DNA of 64,000 nucleotides from Lineus longissimus (Eukaryota). The stretch is from NCBI RefSeq assembly GCF_910592395.1, contig NC_088309.1:22769923-22833922 (forward strand), in the 5' to 3' direction. Within the stretch, counting starts at the first letter, position 1, and each line of letters starts with the position of its first letter. A program made the translations under genes and the position numbers. A model generated the notes under the pieces. The model had not been told where the DNA came from and did not search any database. It saw only the letters and a program-made list of their open reading frames with translations. Below are positions 23,346 through 36,622 of this stretch, piece by piece.

Positions 23346-26300
23346 AGCAATTTGTGTGAAACATTTGGTGGATAATTTCATATTCTCAGAGAGTTTGGTA
23401 TTTCCGCTCATAATTTGTACATATATTCCAGGTCTATAACTGGGCATTTTTGAGAATTGTAGTTTACAGTTCTTTTGAATAGTATTAAGCAAGAATTCTT
23501 CCTGTCATTATTACATTACAGGCATCTCAACTATATGTACAGTCCTGGCAGTTTTGATGAGGTTTCTGTAATACTTGCAATAAACTTGATGGTTTTTCAG
23601 TTTTAAATTACAACCATCTCCAATGATTGCATACAGTGTACTTCTTGAGTAGGTAGTTCAAAAAGAGTTAAGATCTGAAAAAATGTTCTCTTTAATCATC
23701 CTTCCTCATGAACTTAAATATTTACATCTGATCTGTGTTATGATTTATTGAGGGTGTTTGTTGATATCTACATTGTAACAAGGTGCTCTTTTCATGTCTT
23801 TTTTGTCTTTAAACAAACATGTCAGACATGTCAGATGAACAAGAATCTCACTTGTTTGGAAACGATGGTTCTAACTTATCTATCGTATTGGCGCCCATAT
23901 ACATTTTGTAAACATGTGTGCTTATAATCGTATATTAGCTCATGCATGTATAAATGATCATAAATGGTGATGAAGTATCTGTGCACATGCTGACTGCACA
24001 TCCATTGCTATTCTGTTCCTTTTGCATTGATCATTTTGATGTAAAGCAATTTTGTGTTAATATAAAGCGCATGTGCTGGTAGCTTTATGCCAAGTATGTG
24101 TGTGGGTACCGTAAAGGTAATGTCAACTCTGTAATGACCTTGGGAATTGGAAAATTGCTTATTAGTTCCCTCCTGTCCACAGATAAAGGTTGTTTATGTT
24201 TTGACTTTAAAACCACTGAAACTTGACTGAAAATAATATGCTGTAAATATGGTAAATGAGAGTTGTAGGTAGGCCTAATACCCCAAAGCTATCATGGTTC
24301 AGGTCCCGCTGTGCTTGATCCTTTCCTAGACCACTTAATACTTAGTTCTACAAGCCTAACCATTACTTCTGAAAGGATGTAATACATTGATTATGACCAA
24401 GTCTCCTTGTTGTGCTTCCAGACTAGGATTAATATTTCCCATTTTATATATGAATCTAGCAAGGTGTTGTGGGTCAACATAACCATTAAATTTGATGTAT
24501 GAGTATTTGAATGGCTTTCGAAAGTTCTCTCGGTGCTTGACAGGCCTAATTGCCCCCCTCAAAGTCTCTACATCAGAGCATTCAACAATCCAATGGTTTA
24601 CCCTTCTCTACCTCGAGGTCTCTTTCATTTCATGTGATGGTTTTTCACCCATGTACGCCCCTCTCATATAACTATGAAGCGTGTTGCACTGGAGAAATAA
24701 TATGCTACAGACTTCGTTTCCATGCAATCCATTAAACTCAGTCTGATGCTTTGCTTCATAAAAACTTTCATGTTCTTTTCCTTTACTGGTATGCCTCCAG
24801 AGTTTGTTCCATGCAGTTTGAAAAGTTCTTTTACATTTGATAAATAAAGCTGTATTGAATAGAGAAAACTTATTCCATTTATTGTAAATGTTGGTAGGTA
24901 GAGAAGACGGTTTTTGTGGGAGTATTGAACTTGGTGTGGACTGTCAATTCATGAAATTTTGTAGCTCATTGCTCATATTCCTAAACATGCTAAAGGCTAA
25001 TGGTCACTTTGCCCCTTGGCCTATGATTGGCTGAAAGAATTAATTCCTAGCTGGAGTGGTGGTCCTTGATTGTGTAATCGAGAAGGCTCAGGTAGACCAA
25101 AATCTGAGGCACCAGCTGATGGTTTTGACGGTATTTGAGGTCGAACTGAGTGGTCTTGATCAGACAACCAAGAACCCACAGTGAGGTATCATTTTCTTTT
25201 CTAAAAGATCTGGTTTAGAACCCTTCCATAATGGACACCCTTCAGACTGACAGATGCTTGTCCTTCATGAGAGCTTTCCTGATTTCCAAAGAAGTCTGGT
25301 ATGAGTGAAGAAGGACCACCAAATTTGGGACCAAAGTCAGTGTCTGTAACGGAGCTGGTGTTCACTAAGCGAGGTTCCACTGTGTATGGAGGTTCCATTT
25401 TTCTCCCAGTGTCTAGCGATGACTTCATGGATCCCAAACGAGTTGCTTCCACATAAAATCAATCTCCACATTGATTGATTGTCTAAACCCGACATTCTCT
25501 GTGATAAATAAGTCAATGCAGTTATCTGAACATAGCCTGTTGCCCCTGTAATGTTATTGACGTCTGCCGCTATTCTCGTCTCCAGTCCATGCTGGAGAAT
25601 GCCCTTTCATTCATTATTATCAGACGTATTGGAATTTTAGATGAACTGCAAAGGACATCCTGCTGCCACTTCTTCTCTCCATGTGACAGTGTTGCATGGT
25701 ATGGTGTCTAATGAGGACTTTCAGGAAATGAGATCTAGATTTCGAGAGCACTTCAGGGAGTTTTGTGGATATGATATGAAACTCAAGTCTAGTACAAGTG
25801 CAACAGGTGATGATGTCCACAGAATCCTCGGGTGAAATGCGATTGTTTGACACAGTTGTCCTCTGAACAAGGGGGTCATAACCCTCCAATCAAACCATAT
25901 TACAGGGTAATGTCATATTATTATCATTGTCTGCTGGAGATGCAAATAGCAAGGTTTATATTGCTAAGAGTAACATTGGAGAGTCCATCCACTTGAGACA
26001 AATTTTACTAGCTTTGTTATTTTGTCATGGACAAAATCCTAACTTCACCTATCGTGTTAATTTTAATATCATTAGGGACTAATGCCAACAAGACTATTGA
26101 TGAATTGGATATCCAGAACTTCCCCTTTTCACACCTGCTTTAGTTTCTATGACGACCTCGTATGATGTGCTTGCTTCATCCTGCATTTTGATCCTGTAAT
26201 GATGTTGCAGAGGAAATAACACCAGGCGTTAATCAAATAATCAAACCCCTGGGACGGATATGGGTCGTTAATGTTATGGTAATATGCAGTATCATTGTCA

Positions 26301-28420
26301 TTAATGGGATAATTAGAGTATTTGATTCTTAAGACGGTGTTATGATTAGCTGTATATTTGATTGTCATAACAGTTTTACCAAGGTTCAAGTAGCGGCACA
26401 CTCATGTGAAACTTGATATTGCCTGTCATAATTATTTGGGAAAGAGTGTCCCAAGACACTGCACAGGCCGTCACTAATGAAGATTACCTTAACCTCCATT
26501 GACCAATTATCTTTGGGGATGAACTGTCCTTGGAGACATAATGCTCAATGGTGGGAGTTTTCTGTTGATGAACCAAGACATTATTCATATTGTCAGGAGA
26601 TGAACGGTTGACTCGCGGATGAGCACCTCACACCAGATCTGCATGGTCAGCCTACCACACAAAGTGTAGATTTTGCAAGCAAATACAAAATTTTCCATGA
26701 AATAGATCTAACTTTGTGCAATGCACACATGGCCAACAAATAACCCTGTAATGACCCAAGTATCAATATCGGGTTAATTCTGTATCTGAAGTTGAGCAAA
26801 CCTAACAATGTGATTACCCATGTGTATGAATCATTTAGATTGCAGAGCTGCAATAAATTTTGTTGATTAGATCCCAGTGTGGCTGAAGTTGACACTCCAA
26901 TAGATGTAATGGACGACTGGCTTCACCAGGGGCTGCTTCAGTACAACTTAGCAAGTGCCGCAAAAAAATATCTCGCACCTTCTGGCGATGTTCTGGCTGC
27001 CAGGTTGGTGTTAACACAACTTATGTTTGAGAATGATCAACATGCACCAACAAAGTGACCGCACTATCAAAATGGCATGGGGTCTACCTGATAAAACAAA
27101 TGATCTAACACTAAAATCAAGAGTTAATGCGATAAGTAATTTATTTAGTTTGTCTACATCACAAAACACAATTGCACAATAAATCTACAGCCAGAATTGA
27201 TCAGAAAACCAAACAAAGAAATAGTTCAAGTCGTTCCGAGCTAGCTCACCAATAGTCGGCTATACAACTCACTCAAATCTAGGATAAGAGAATCTGAGTA
27301 AACTGCTACAAAAATAGAAAGATACAAGATGAATATTTTGCATGAAAGCAATTGGAGCTAAGTTTGGCAAGAATTATCACATGCAAAAGCATGTCATATA
27401 TTTTGCGGCACGAGGAGTGACTGTTTTGGTCAAATGGTGGAACCAATCACAAGCAACGTGACCGAGTTGCATTTCCTGACTTCAGTCCACCATAAGACCA
27501 TGAATGTCACCGACAGAATACATCAAAACCATTGGTAAGGGATGAAAACATGTCGTTAATCCTTTCTCAAAGGTTCATGCAAATCAGCACATGTATGCAA
27601 TAAGTAATCTACAGTACATGTATTTATATCACAGTTCTATGAAAATGAGATGAAGTAACAGGACCAATTAATCAGCAGCAATAATACGTGCACTTCCCAA
27701 AAAAGGATATTTCACCACCAGGATGGACTTCACAAATATCATTCTCAACACAGTCCTCCTCATCAAATTTGCTAATTCTTTTGAGAAAAAGTTATACCGG
27801 GCATTTGGAGAAGGCAGCATGAACAAACCTACACCCTGGATACCTGAAGATGAAAACTACTTTTTTTCTAATTCTGATCACAACCCCACGCAAAACAATC
27901 AAATTCATGATGAATATGACGAGTTCCGATTAATTTTACACAATTTATAGATCCATTAAAAGATATCTAAATCATGCCAGTACACAACTAATGCTAAGCT
28001 ATATCCAGAACACATGACACGATGTTCCGGTGGTACAAATGTACTTTTTATCGTAAGTACTTCCTCACATCTACTACATACGACTTCTTGGTTATTTGTT
28101 GTAGCTGCCCGTTATAATTCACTCAGACATCAATGCCCAAAAAGCCCGGTTAAGTTCCACTAATGATTTCTACAAGCACATAATAATATGGTGTCTAAGA
28201 CATACAGTATATGAATACAACCTGTCAGTACCATGAGGTTAAAAGGAAGTAAAGATGATTTCAGACAGAAACATATTTTTTCTAATTTTAATGCAATCAA
28301 CCTCAGTGTTTAATAACACAAATGTAAAATTTTCAAACACATTTCTAATTTTGAAATATACCGCCGTTCATGTACACCATATTATATGAACAATTGCTGT
28401 ATTCAGACTCTAACGATTTA

Positions 28421-28567
28421 ATCCTCATAATCGCTCTCCCGGCGGCGTGGCGGATTAGCAGGCATCATACTACCAATCAGACCATTGGCCGTGTTGAAGA
28501 GGTTGATCGGGCTGCTTCCATCGGTGATCAGCGTTGACTTCAGGCCGAGAGACTGCAGGAGTTTAAC
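28421..28567 (-). CDS. MVP: MVP last coding exon ([49 protein letters not shown]), stop TAA at 28418-28420.
   Basis: Acceptor tctcctag. The exon is 49 codons. Confidence 0.8.
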
Positions 28568-31500
28568 CTAGGAGAAGCAAGAAGCTTATGCAGTTTTCAT
28601 CAAAACATTATAAATAAATATGCTTTCTGCCCTCCGAGATGATTTCTGCCAACATTACATATTATTTAAAATCAACAAATACCCAAGTTTACTGGAGCCC
28701 CACAAGTCCTTTGAAACTACAGGCGTGTGGGATTTTAGCATTCAGAGCTACAATTGCCAACAAAATTTTCCGATCACACTTACCTGCATTTCTGGGCCAG
28801 CATTTGCAATAGACTTGATGGTGTCTGCACCAATTGCATTGACGGTATTCTTGAACTTGTCCGACTCAATGCCCGCCATTTCACTGGCCTTGCTGATCTC
28901 GAGCTCATTCTGCTCACGAATGTATTTGTTCTCAGCTTCACGAGCCTTGGTCAGACGCTCAAGCTCGGATTCCTAGAAAGAGGAGGCATGTAATGAGTTT
29001 AAATGTTAACCAAAGGGGGGGGGGGGAACAAGAGTCCTTGAAGCAAATTTACACTATATCAGAGAGATAGGGTGACTGTTTCTATCACATAAGGAATTGG
29101 TGCGACAATTAATCCAAACCACACTCACATTACAAGGGATGGGAGATGATACAAATATGGTGTGAATATCCCAGATTACAATGGGTGTCCTCCTCAAAGG
29201 CCATCCCCCTTCACAAGTTGAGCACAACTTGTCCATTCACTCAATCTATTTTCGGTTAGGCCCACAAGTGGGGCCACCATCAGGGAATCATAGGAACTAA
29301 AATCCTACCGCCCAAGCATTATAACACAATGTATACTTACAGCTTCAATCTTTGAAGCCTGAGATTTGAGTCTCGCCTGCTCAACAGCAGCCTCGCCTTC
29401 AATCCTGTTAGCCTCAGCACGAGACTGGGCCTCGGCCTTGGCCTGACCAGTCGATTCAACAGCGGCACTGTTGGCCTGGAGTTCCAGCAGCTCCTTCCTG
29501 GCGCGCTCAGCCTCTGCTTCGTCACTAATCTTCTGCCTCTCAAGACGTCCGCGGGCCTCTTGCTCAATACGCTCGGCTTCATGCCTAAATATAAATTAGG
29601 TAAGGTTATAGACAAACAATGACAAAAGGGCAACAAAGCTTTTGGTATGAAATGAAATTTGTTGAAGTGATTTTTAATATCAAAGTTTCTAAGTATTCAA
29701 GCCAATGAACAACTACACAAGCCTGGATTTTGATATTTGACCCTGTGGTCTTATGTCAATCTCTACATCTCACTGAGTGTGGAAAACTGAAGAGAAACAC
29801 ACCTTGCAGCAGCCTCCTGCGAGTTGGTGGTAATCTCAATAGCAAGCTGGACAGACTTCTGCAGGGCATCCCTGGTCCTCTGGTCAACAGGTTCAACAGA
29901 CTGGATATCAATACTGGTTATCACCAAGTTATTCTGGGGGAAGATAAAGCGATCTCGGACCTTGCTCTTGTCATCAAAGCCAAACACAGATGAGCGAATA
30001 ATTCTTGCAGAGTTCTGAAAAGTAAAGACAATGTTATATTGACAATTTCCTAGGTCCGAGTAAAGGACAGACATTTTCATTGTCATGTTATAAATCTACA
30101 GTGCTGTCATGCAAATTGAGCATCATTTAATCTCCAACTTTGTCATGCAAAGTGTGCGAAATGATGTGACAATGTTGAGATTTTACAAAAATATATCTTG
30201 GGTAAAAACTTGGCCAAAAACAGATTTGAATGGGCAATGGATGGCAGTCCCAGCCTCAGCATTCTACATGTTCATCCAGAAACCAACTGTGTTACCGAGC
30301 TAAAGTGTGTGTTACTATTGAAAGTGAACCCTGATGGAGGCAAGTAAAGCAAGGTATACTGTAATGGATCAAGGGAGCATTTCACAAAGGTAAAGATGGC
30401 ACTGACCGGAGCAGAAAGTTGTCAGGAAGGGTGAGTTTGTGCAGTGATGCTGGCTTTTGAGCCGACAAATTTATTTTTCTCTGGTGCAGAGAAGTGAAGC
30501 AAGCCTCTGCTCACTTGAATGGCTTATAAGCTTTCATTCAATAGATTCACACTATCTACTCCCTGCTGCCCGCATCTGGCGTTTGAATCACCACACTAAA
30601 AACATCCAAACCAATTTCAAGGTCTACTCCCAAAAGGAGTAAATATGATTTCTGGGTTCATGTTTTCAAGTATTTGAACAAACTTCTGGCTGTGACATGA
30701 CATGTTATGAACTCAACACAAATGGTGAGGTTAGGATGTGAAAATGGTAATGTTCCGCTTAGGGCTGAAGGTTCACCAAGTTTTTACAACTTTGAAAACT
30801 ACTGCACTCATGAAACATGAAGGCAGCTTATTCAAAGCTGTCGAGTTTGAAGGTTTTAAGAAACAATAAGGTGTTAGGTGGATATCACTCAATGGACACT
30901 GCCTTCCTGAGGAAGATGGTGGTTGATGCAGGCTATCTCAAAAGGATGTCACAAGAAAATACCTTATGGAAATCATCAAAAGTCACACTGGCTACAGCTC
31001 CACGAACTCTGGAGGCAATAGCTTTGCATGAATCACCAACAAAGTCTGGAACACTGAATATTTTGGCTGCGATCTCCACAGAATCCTTCTTTGGAACATC
31101 AAAATGCCTAGAAATAAATGTTGTTATAACATCACAATCAATAGGCTGAATATCTACAGACCCCCTTGGACTGGTGAGAGAATCGTGTGGAACACTGAGA
31201 AGTTCACATTTCGCAAATCATCCCAAGTTTTCAGTTGATTACAAGGATGCATTCAATAAAATTTATATCCAAGGAGCAGTGTGTATTTATAAATGCCGGG
31301 CTGGTACCAAAAGTACACACAGACTCAACAAGTGTCAAATGATTACAACCAAAAACTTCAAGTTGGCCTCAGTGAAAGAAGTAGAAAAAGAAAAATTTGT
31401 GGCAAAATGGAGACTTCAAAGTATTTCAGACGATTTCTCAGAACAACTCTCTACAATCTGCAAGAAGAAAATGTCAGATTAAAAGCTGGACACAACGGCC

Positions 31501-34500
31501 TACCTTGTGGAAATCATCAAAAGGAACACTTGCAACTGATCCTCTAACACGAGATGCTATGGCTTTGCAGGAATCACCAATAAAATCAGGTACGGAGAAT
31601 AATTTAGGCCCTACGTTTGCATCAGTTTTGTCTGCAACTTCCAAATGCCTAAAATTGATGCAAAGGTTAAAAATGTTTATAAGTGACTAACAAGAGAACT
31701 TGTATTCTGAATGCCAATTGGAAGAGTACGGTACTCTAAACTCTTTACATGAAAACAACCAATCAGTTGTTTGGCCATACATGTACATGTTGGAAAATTA
31801 ACCATCGGCACATACAACACATCACAATTTGGAAAGGGCACAAACTTATCAGCTCTTCAACCCAACACTTGGGAATGCACTTTCAGTAAAAAATAATCAA
31901 AAGGCGCCCGGCTGTAAATTATTTTGTTTACCCAACTACAAATTTAACAATTGTCTGTACCTACCAGTTATATGACAACTGCAGTGACAGCCTTGCGTGA
32001 TCAGCTGTCTCAACCACAATGATATCAGTGCAGAAGTCAGGGCCTAGCAGCAGGCACAGGGACTTGATCTGGTTAGGCTTCTTGGGCTTTCCACCAGACA
32101 GACTCAGCTGAGTAAATTGCTCGTCAGGACCTAGCATCACAAGTTCTGGGCCAAACACAACTCTGAAAGAGAGCCAGATTTATACTTAATATCACTATGT
32201 AATGACTATGTCTATGCATTTGCCACATCTTTTTTCAGTATTGCATGATACAGGCAAACTACCAAAAGCATTCATTGTACAACCTGCAGACAAAAAAAGC
32301 GACAGGAGAAAACTGCCTTTATTCTGCATTCTTCTCATTTAAATTAGGTCAAAAGTTTCTATCCATGGTAGAAATTAGAACTAAAGAATTGATTCTTCTG
32401 AAATTAGTGGACTGCTGCACCAACAACATAAATCCCACGAAATTTGAACTGGACTCTAATGACTAACCTGGCTTTTTTGTCAGTATAATCATAAATCTGA
32501 ACAGCGGCGTTATGGGGCACTCGGAACGTGACGACTTTCGTCTTGTCGCGGGCCTTGCCAGGGGGACCTGAGGCAGACCTATCACTCCTGTCCGCCAAAG
32601 GGTCTTTGCCCTGGGCAAGGAGGGCATCGACTGCTGGAGGCAGATCCTTGACCCACAATTCCTCATCTTGGTTGAGCATGTATGTTTCACCGGTGACAGC
32701 CCTGACCTGCATGACAATTTCGACATATTTAAGTGTAAGGAAGACAATGTTGATATCTAACCTTTCTGCACAGTTTACTGGAGGTCATTTTATAAGTAAT
32801 TTCCAGGAAACAAAGAGATGGATTTAACTTTTCGCATTCGTGAATTCACATTGACAGTATAAAGTGCATCAAAAGTATACCCAGTGTGATACACAGCTCT
32901 TGACACAATAAAGCACAAGTGCTGCTTTCATTTGAGCCGTTAACTGACTGCTGATGCCTACCTTACCAGTCTTTACATCCCTGACATATATACCCTCATT
33001 CTTATCCAAAGGCATAGCCTGGCGTCTGGTTACCACTTCAACTTCAACTGGAGGTACATATTCAGCCGGTCCACGAATCATCCACCTATCTCCTGGCTTG
33101 CGCTCTTTGTCAATGGCAACATCCTTGAAGCATTCAGTCGCACGAAGGATGAGTCCTTCATCCTCGCCAAGAATGTAAACATTCTGGATTCCACGCTCTA
33201 GTTTCTCTCCAGGCATAAGGAAAAAACTCTTCTCGCCTTTAACAAGCTTTTTCTGTCCGAGCTGTGGTTTGCCTGTGGCATCGACAGGATCCATGATAAC
33301 ACAGTACTGCCTGTTGTTAAGTGTAGTAATGTCAACGACTCCTACAACTTCCTCATAGACGGCCGGAATATGTGTTTCTGTGTCTGTCATTTTGATCAAC
33401 CACTCCTCACCGTTCTTTCGCACCTTTCCGAAGTCATCCTTGAATGTCCTGATAGAACGCATATGGAGTGCTTTCTGTAACAGAAGATGTGAAAGTATGG
33501 CTAAGTTAATGATAGAACACTTATGAATGCAAAACAACCAAGGGATTATTCTGAGTACAAAACTTCTCTGTCAGGACATGCATTCATGTTCCTGTTCGAC
33601 GACTGACAAATTTCTCATTGACAAACTTGACACATACCTTTTCTGTCAGAACGTAAGCGTTGACGATATCAACAACCTCCTCATAAGCACCAGGAAGGTA
33701 GGCGCCAGTCTTCTTCACAAGCCATTCCTCTCCTGTCACGCGGTTGGTGCCCTCACGATCGACACACTCTTTACGAGCGCGCAGCTTGATGGCCTGGTTG
33801 GGCTTGATAATCGTGGCACGGGCTGTTTCTTCCACAACGACTTCCTTCCTCGGGATGTAAGTGCCTGCCAAAGGAAGATGGGAAACAAACTCATAATACT
33901 TTAACTATTGGACAACGCCTCTACAATTTTCAGGATTTTTAAAGCCTCAGCTGAACTACATAATTGACATCGAATCACAGACTCTGCATTGGTTTTGAAA
34001 CATCCGGTATACAGGATGTAAAGATTCATCCGAAAATACCTCCGGTGATTACTTGGTCTTTATATAACATTTGGCATTATTTGGAACAACAACAAGAAGT
34101 GTTGCATACCTGGTCCCTCGAATAGCCACTCATCTCCAGCAACTCGTTTATCTCCACTGGCATCCTCGAAGTCAAGAAGAGCGCGTAGACGAATGGCAGC
34201 ATTAGCGATTACAACTTTCAGTGGAGTAACAGCCTATAAGGAAAGGATTTTGTAACAGGGACGTCCAAGAACAGTACGCTCGTTTTTTAGCTGGGTTGAG
34301 TTTGTAAACCTTTCAAGCCACTTTTGAATTGCCTAAGCAGCTCACACAAAAGCTCAAAACATCCTCTGGTGATACCTCTTTACTACCTTGGACATAGGGC
34401 ACGGGTGTTGAGGTCAAGCTAACGACCAACTTGACTTGAACAACTAAGCCAAGGTATGATACCAACCTGTTTGAGAACCTCCCCAGGGAATAGAGGGAAA

Positions 34501-35123
34501 GGATCCTGGGCCAGTCTGATATCCTGATCAGCATGGAGAAGTTTAGCCTGTCCGACTTTGTCGAAGACAACCTCACCATCACCATCTCTTAGGACAGGAT
34601 TCTCGATTATGCAGTAGTGCCTTGGGGGCACTGTGATCATCTTATCCGGCCCATACACAACCCTAGAAAAGAAACAAGCATACAGTTAAAGATCACATCA
34701 AAATTAGAAGGAAAAGACCAATAAAACACCTCAAAATTCTTGGCACTAAAAGTGGTATCATCAGAGCATGCACTTTAGGATGAAAACTAGGGTGCCCTCA
34801 CAGCCAAAAGACCCAAGTCAAATGACAAATATATGCATCGTCATGAACTTCTTCTTCAATACTAAAGACGAAGTCACTCCAACTGCTCCCCAATTGTAGT
34901 AATACGCTACAAACTATCAGAAGAAAGGAGGAAAAGCAGAAGAACTTGATGATGCAATGTTGATCATAAGGCACTTCCTTTACCTTTCATTGTCCTGTCT
35001 GATGAAAGTCTGTGGTCCAATTTCCAATCGTGTGACATTGCTGTTCTGGTCAAGGACATGGAGGTAGTAATAGGGAGGGATTCGGACGATAGAATCGTCA
35101 GTTGCACTCCGTCTGGTCGCCAT
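28421..35123 (-). CDS. MVP: Major vault protein (MVP) gene: CDS span of about 13 coding exons, start codon at 35123-35121 and stop at 28418-28420.
   Basis: The minus-strand exons match MVP from the N-terminus to the C-terminus. Examples are [47 protein letters not shown]..., the vault repeats, [34 protein letters not shown]... and ...[45 protein letters not shown].... The C-terminal coiled coil is present, and the protein ends ...[55 protein letters not shown]. Confidence 0.93.
28784..28972 (-). CDS. MVP: MVP exon 11 ([63 protein letters not shown]).
   Basis: Acceptor tttctag and donor gtaagtgtg. The 189 nt equal 63 codons. Confidence 0.8.
29341..29584 (-). CDS. MVP: MVP exon 10 (coiled-coil cap: [82 protein letters not shown]).
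   Basis: Acceptor tatttag and donor gtaagtata. The 244 nt equal 1 + 81 codons. Confidence 0.8.
29803..30014 (-). CDS. MVP: MVP exon 9 ([70 protein letters not shown] + AG).
   Basis: Acceptor ttttcag and donor gtgtgt. Anchored to the minus ORF 29763-30086. Confidence 0.8.
30963..31107 (-). CDS. MVP: MVP exon 8b, the second tandem alternative 145-nt exon ([49 protein letters not shown]).
   Basis: Acceptor tttctag and donor gtattttc. It is about 70% identical to exon 8a at the protein level. Including both exons would shift the frame. Confidence 0.7.
31504..31648 (-). CDS. MVP: MVP exon 8a, the first of two tandem alternative 145-nt exons ([49 protein letters not shown]).
   Basis: Acceptor ttttag and donor gtaggcc. 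Its length and phase are the same as exon 8b. Confidence 0.7.
31965..32162 (-). CDS. MVP: MVP exon 7 ([66 protein letters not shown] + TG).
   Basis: Acceptor ctttcag and donor gtaggtacag. Anchored to the minus ORF 31961-32158. Confidence 0.8.
32468..32706 (-). CDS. MVP: MVP exon 6 ([79 protein letters not shown] + AG).
   Basis: Acceptor atgcag and donor gttagtc. Anchored to the minus ORF 32404-32712. Confidence 0.8.
32962..33474 (-). CDS. MVP: MVP exon 5 ([171 protein letters not shown]).
   Basis: Acceptor tgttacag and donor gtaggcatc. The exon is 171 codons, anchored to the minus ORF 32869-33537. Confidence 0.8.
33638..33864 (-). CDS. MVP: MVP exon 4 ([76 protein letters not shown]).
   Basis: Acceptor ttggcag and donor gtatgtgtc. 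Anchored to the minus ORF 33584-33871. Confidence 0.8.
34110..34233 (-). CDS. MVP: MVP exon 3 ([41 protein letters not shown] + G).
   Basis: Acceptor cttatag and donor gtatgcaac. The 124 nt equal 41 codons + 1. Confidence 0.8.
34467..34662 (-). CDS. MVP: MVP exon 2 ([66 protein letters not shown]).
   Basis: Acceptor ttttctag and donor gttggtatc. Anchored to the minus ORF 34419-34658. Confidence 0.8.
34984..35123 (-). CDS. MVP: MVP exon 1 ([46 protein letters not shown] + AG).
   Basis: The minus-strand ATG reads cat on the plus strand at 35121-35123. Donor gtaaagg. The 140 nt equal 46 codons + 2. Confidence 0.8.
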
Positions 35124-36577
35124 CTTAGTATGTTTAGCTGATCAGCTGAAGGTAGACAAAACAGTTCTTGGTTAAATACCAGTAACCTGAATGAAAGGGC
35201 CAAGATTTTAGCCAATTCAGCACCTTTAGACCATAAAACAACACATGGAAGAAGTCTGATGACGAAGTCAGCCAGACCCCCTCAATCTTCTACGAAGGCC
35301 TACAAGCATGGAACTGAGAAGACCTATACACTACACGAGGCCAAAAACAAGGCCTACTTCCTTTGAAATATCTTGCACATAACATAAAATTGGTATTCTG
35401 CATTACCCACTGTCACAGTGACAACTCAGGTATGATTAAATCTGCCTAAATGCACTCTATTGTTTGTGACTTATCAAGACAGCATGGCAAATAAGACATC
35501 ATGGTCGACAAAATCAAATCTTACTCTACCATTATATGCTTAGCATTTGTTATTCCATCCTCACAACGTTACACAGAACAAACTATAGCCTTATCGTTAC
35601 CATACATATGCACCATTACTGGTCTGCTGAATTGCATAATCATAAGAAATAGCAAGCAAGGCAACAATAAAAAAGTCAAAAAACATTCAGCAGGATAGGG
35701 TTTTTAAAATAGCTTCTAAAAAAATCTATCTGATATTTTGAAAATATATTTCCTTCCCTATACAGCTTGATTTCATGCCCAATCTTGTGCTATGTTGACA
35801 GGTTGACTGGGACTAGAGTGGGAGAGAAGAAAGAAGCACACTGGACCATACTGGCTCATTGATTGTAACTCTGTCCCCTTTGCTCTCTTCAACGCAGTAC
35901 TATATACGGTACATGTATGAAAGAATTTGATAGTATTTTAAAGTTTTTCAGGTTATATACATGCAAAATGTTTGAGTAGCCAAATAAAAGAATGATACTC
36001 CAGAATCAGAATGCTAGTTCCAGGGAGCTTTCTCTGAAGTTTGAACTAGACATGATGGAACATGCACACTTGTAGTATCAATATGGAACTTACCACAGTT
36101 CTGTGCCCTATCCCCAGTTACAACTAGATTGTTGGCAGTCTTTGGGACTAAGCCTATGGATGGATAGAATATACGCCTAGAATATAAGGACTAACGGAGT
36201 CCAAGAAGAACTTTATAGGCCGACTGTTTATCGCTTACTAAGCATGAATCTAGCTTTACATGACTGGCTATATCCCAGTTAGAAATGATGAAATTTGATG
36301 AATAATCTAGAAAGGCACAATCTCTGTGTTAGTTGTGCAATACCAGTATATGCTTGCCTGGCATTTTTGCTAGTCATGACATCATCATCCCCATTTAAAT
36401 GGGTGAAGTATAGTAGTTGCAAATGCCACTGCAACTAACTGGTGCCATGCAATTTTTGTAGTCGTACAGTTAGACACGTTTTTTTAAGGTAGTGGTAGGA
36501 TACAGATCTAGCCTCTTTATATGCAATGCATCATGAAAAGAAAGAAGTTCCATAATCAGATAATTTATGACCGGCCC

Positions 36578-36622
36578 CCAAGTTGGTGGTTGGTCGTTGG
36601 TGGTTGGTCGTTGGTCGTTGGT
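36578..36622. repeat. Microsatellite (GGTCGTTGGT/GGTGGTTGGT)n in the MVP-XBP1 intergenic region.
   Basis: ccaagttggtggttggtcgttggtggttggtcgttggtcgttggtcgagc. Confidence 0.8.

Noticed and set aside
30817-31690. Plus-strand ORFs of 84-110 aa (30817-31149, 31174-31482, 31293-31547 and 31397-31690) containing repeated ...[13 protein letters not shown]...ESPTKSG... peptides.
   Set aside because: They are the antisense reading of the two duplicated MVP exons and their flanks. The repetition simply mirrors the exon duplication on the minus strand, so they are not genes.
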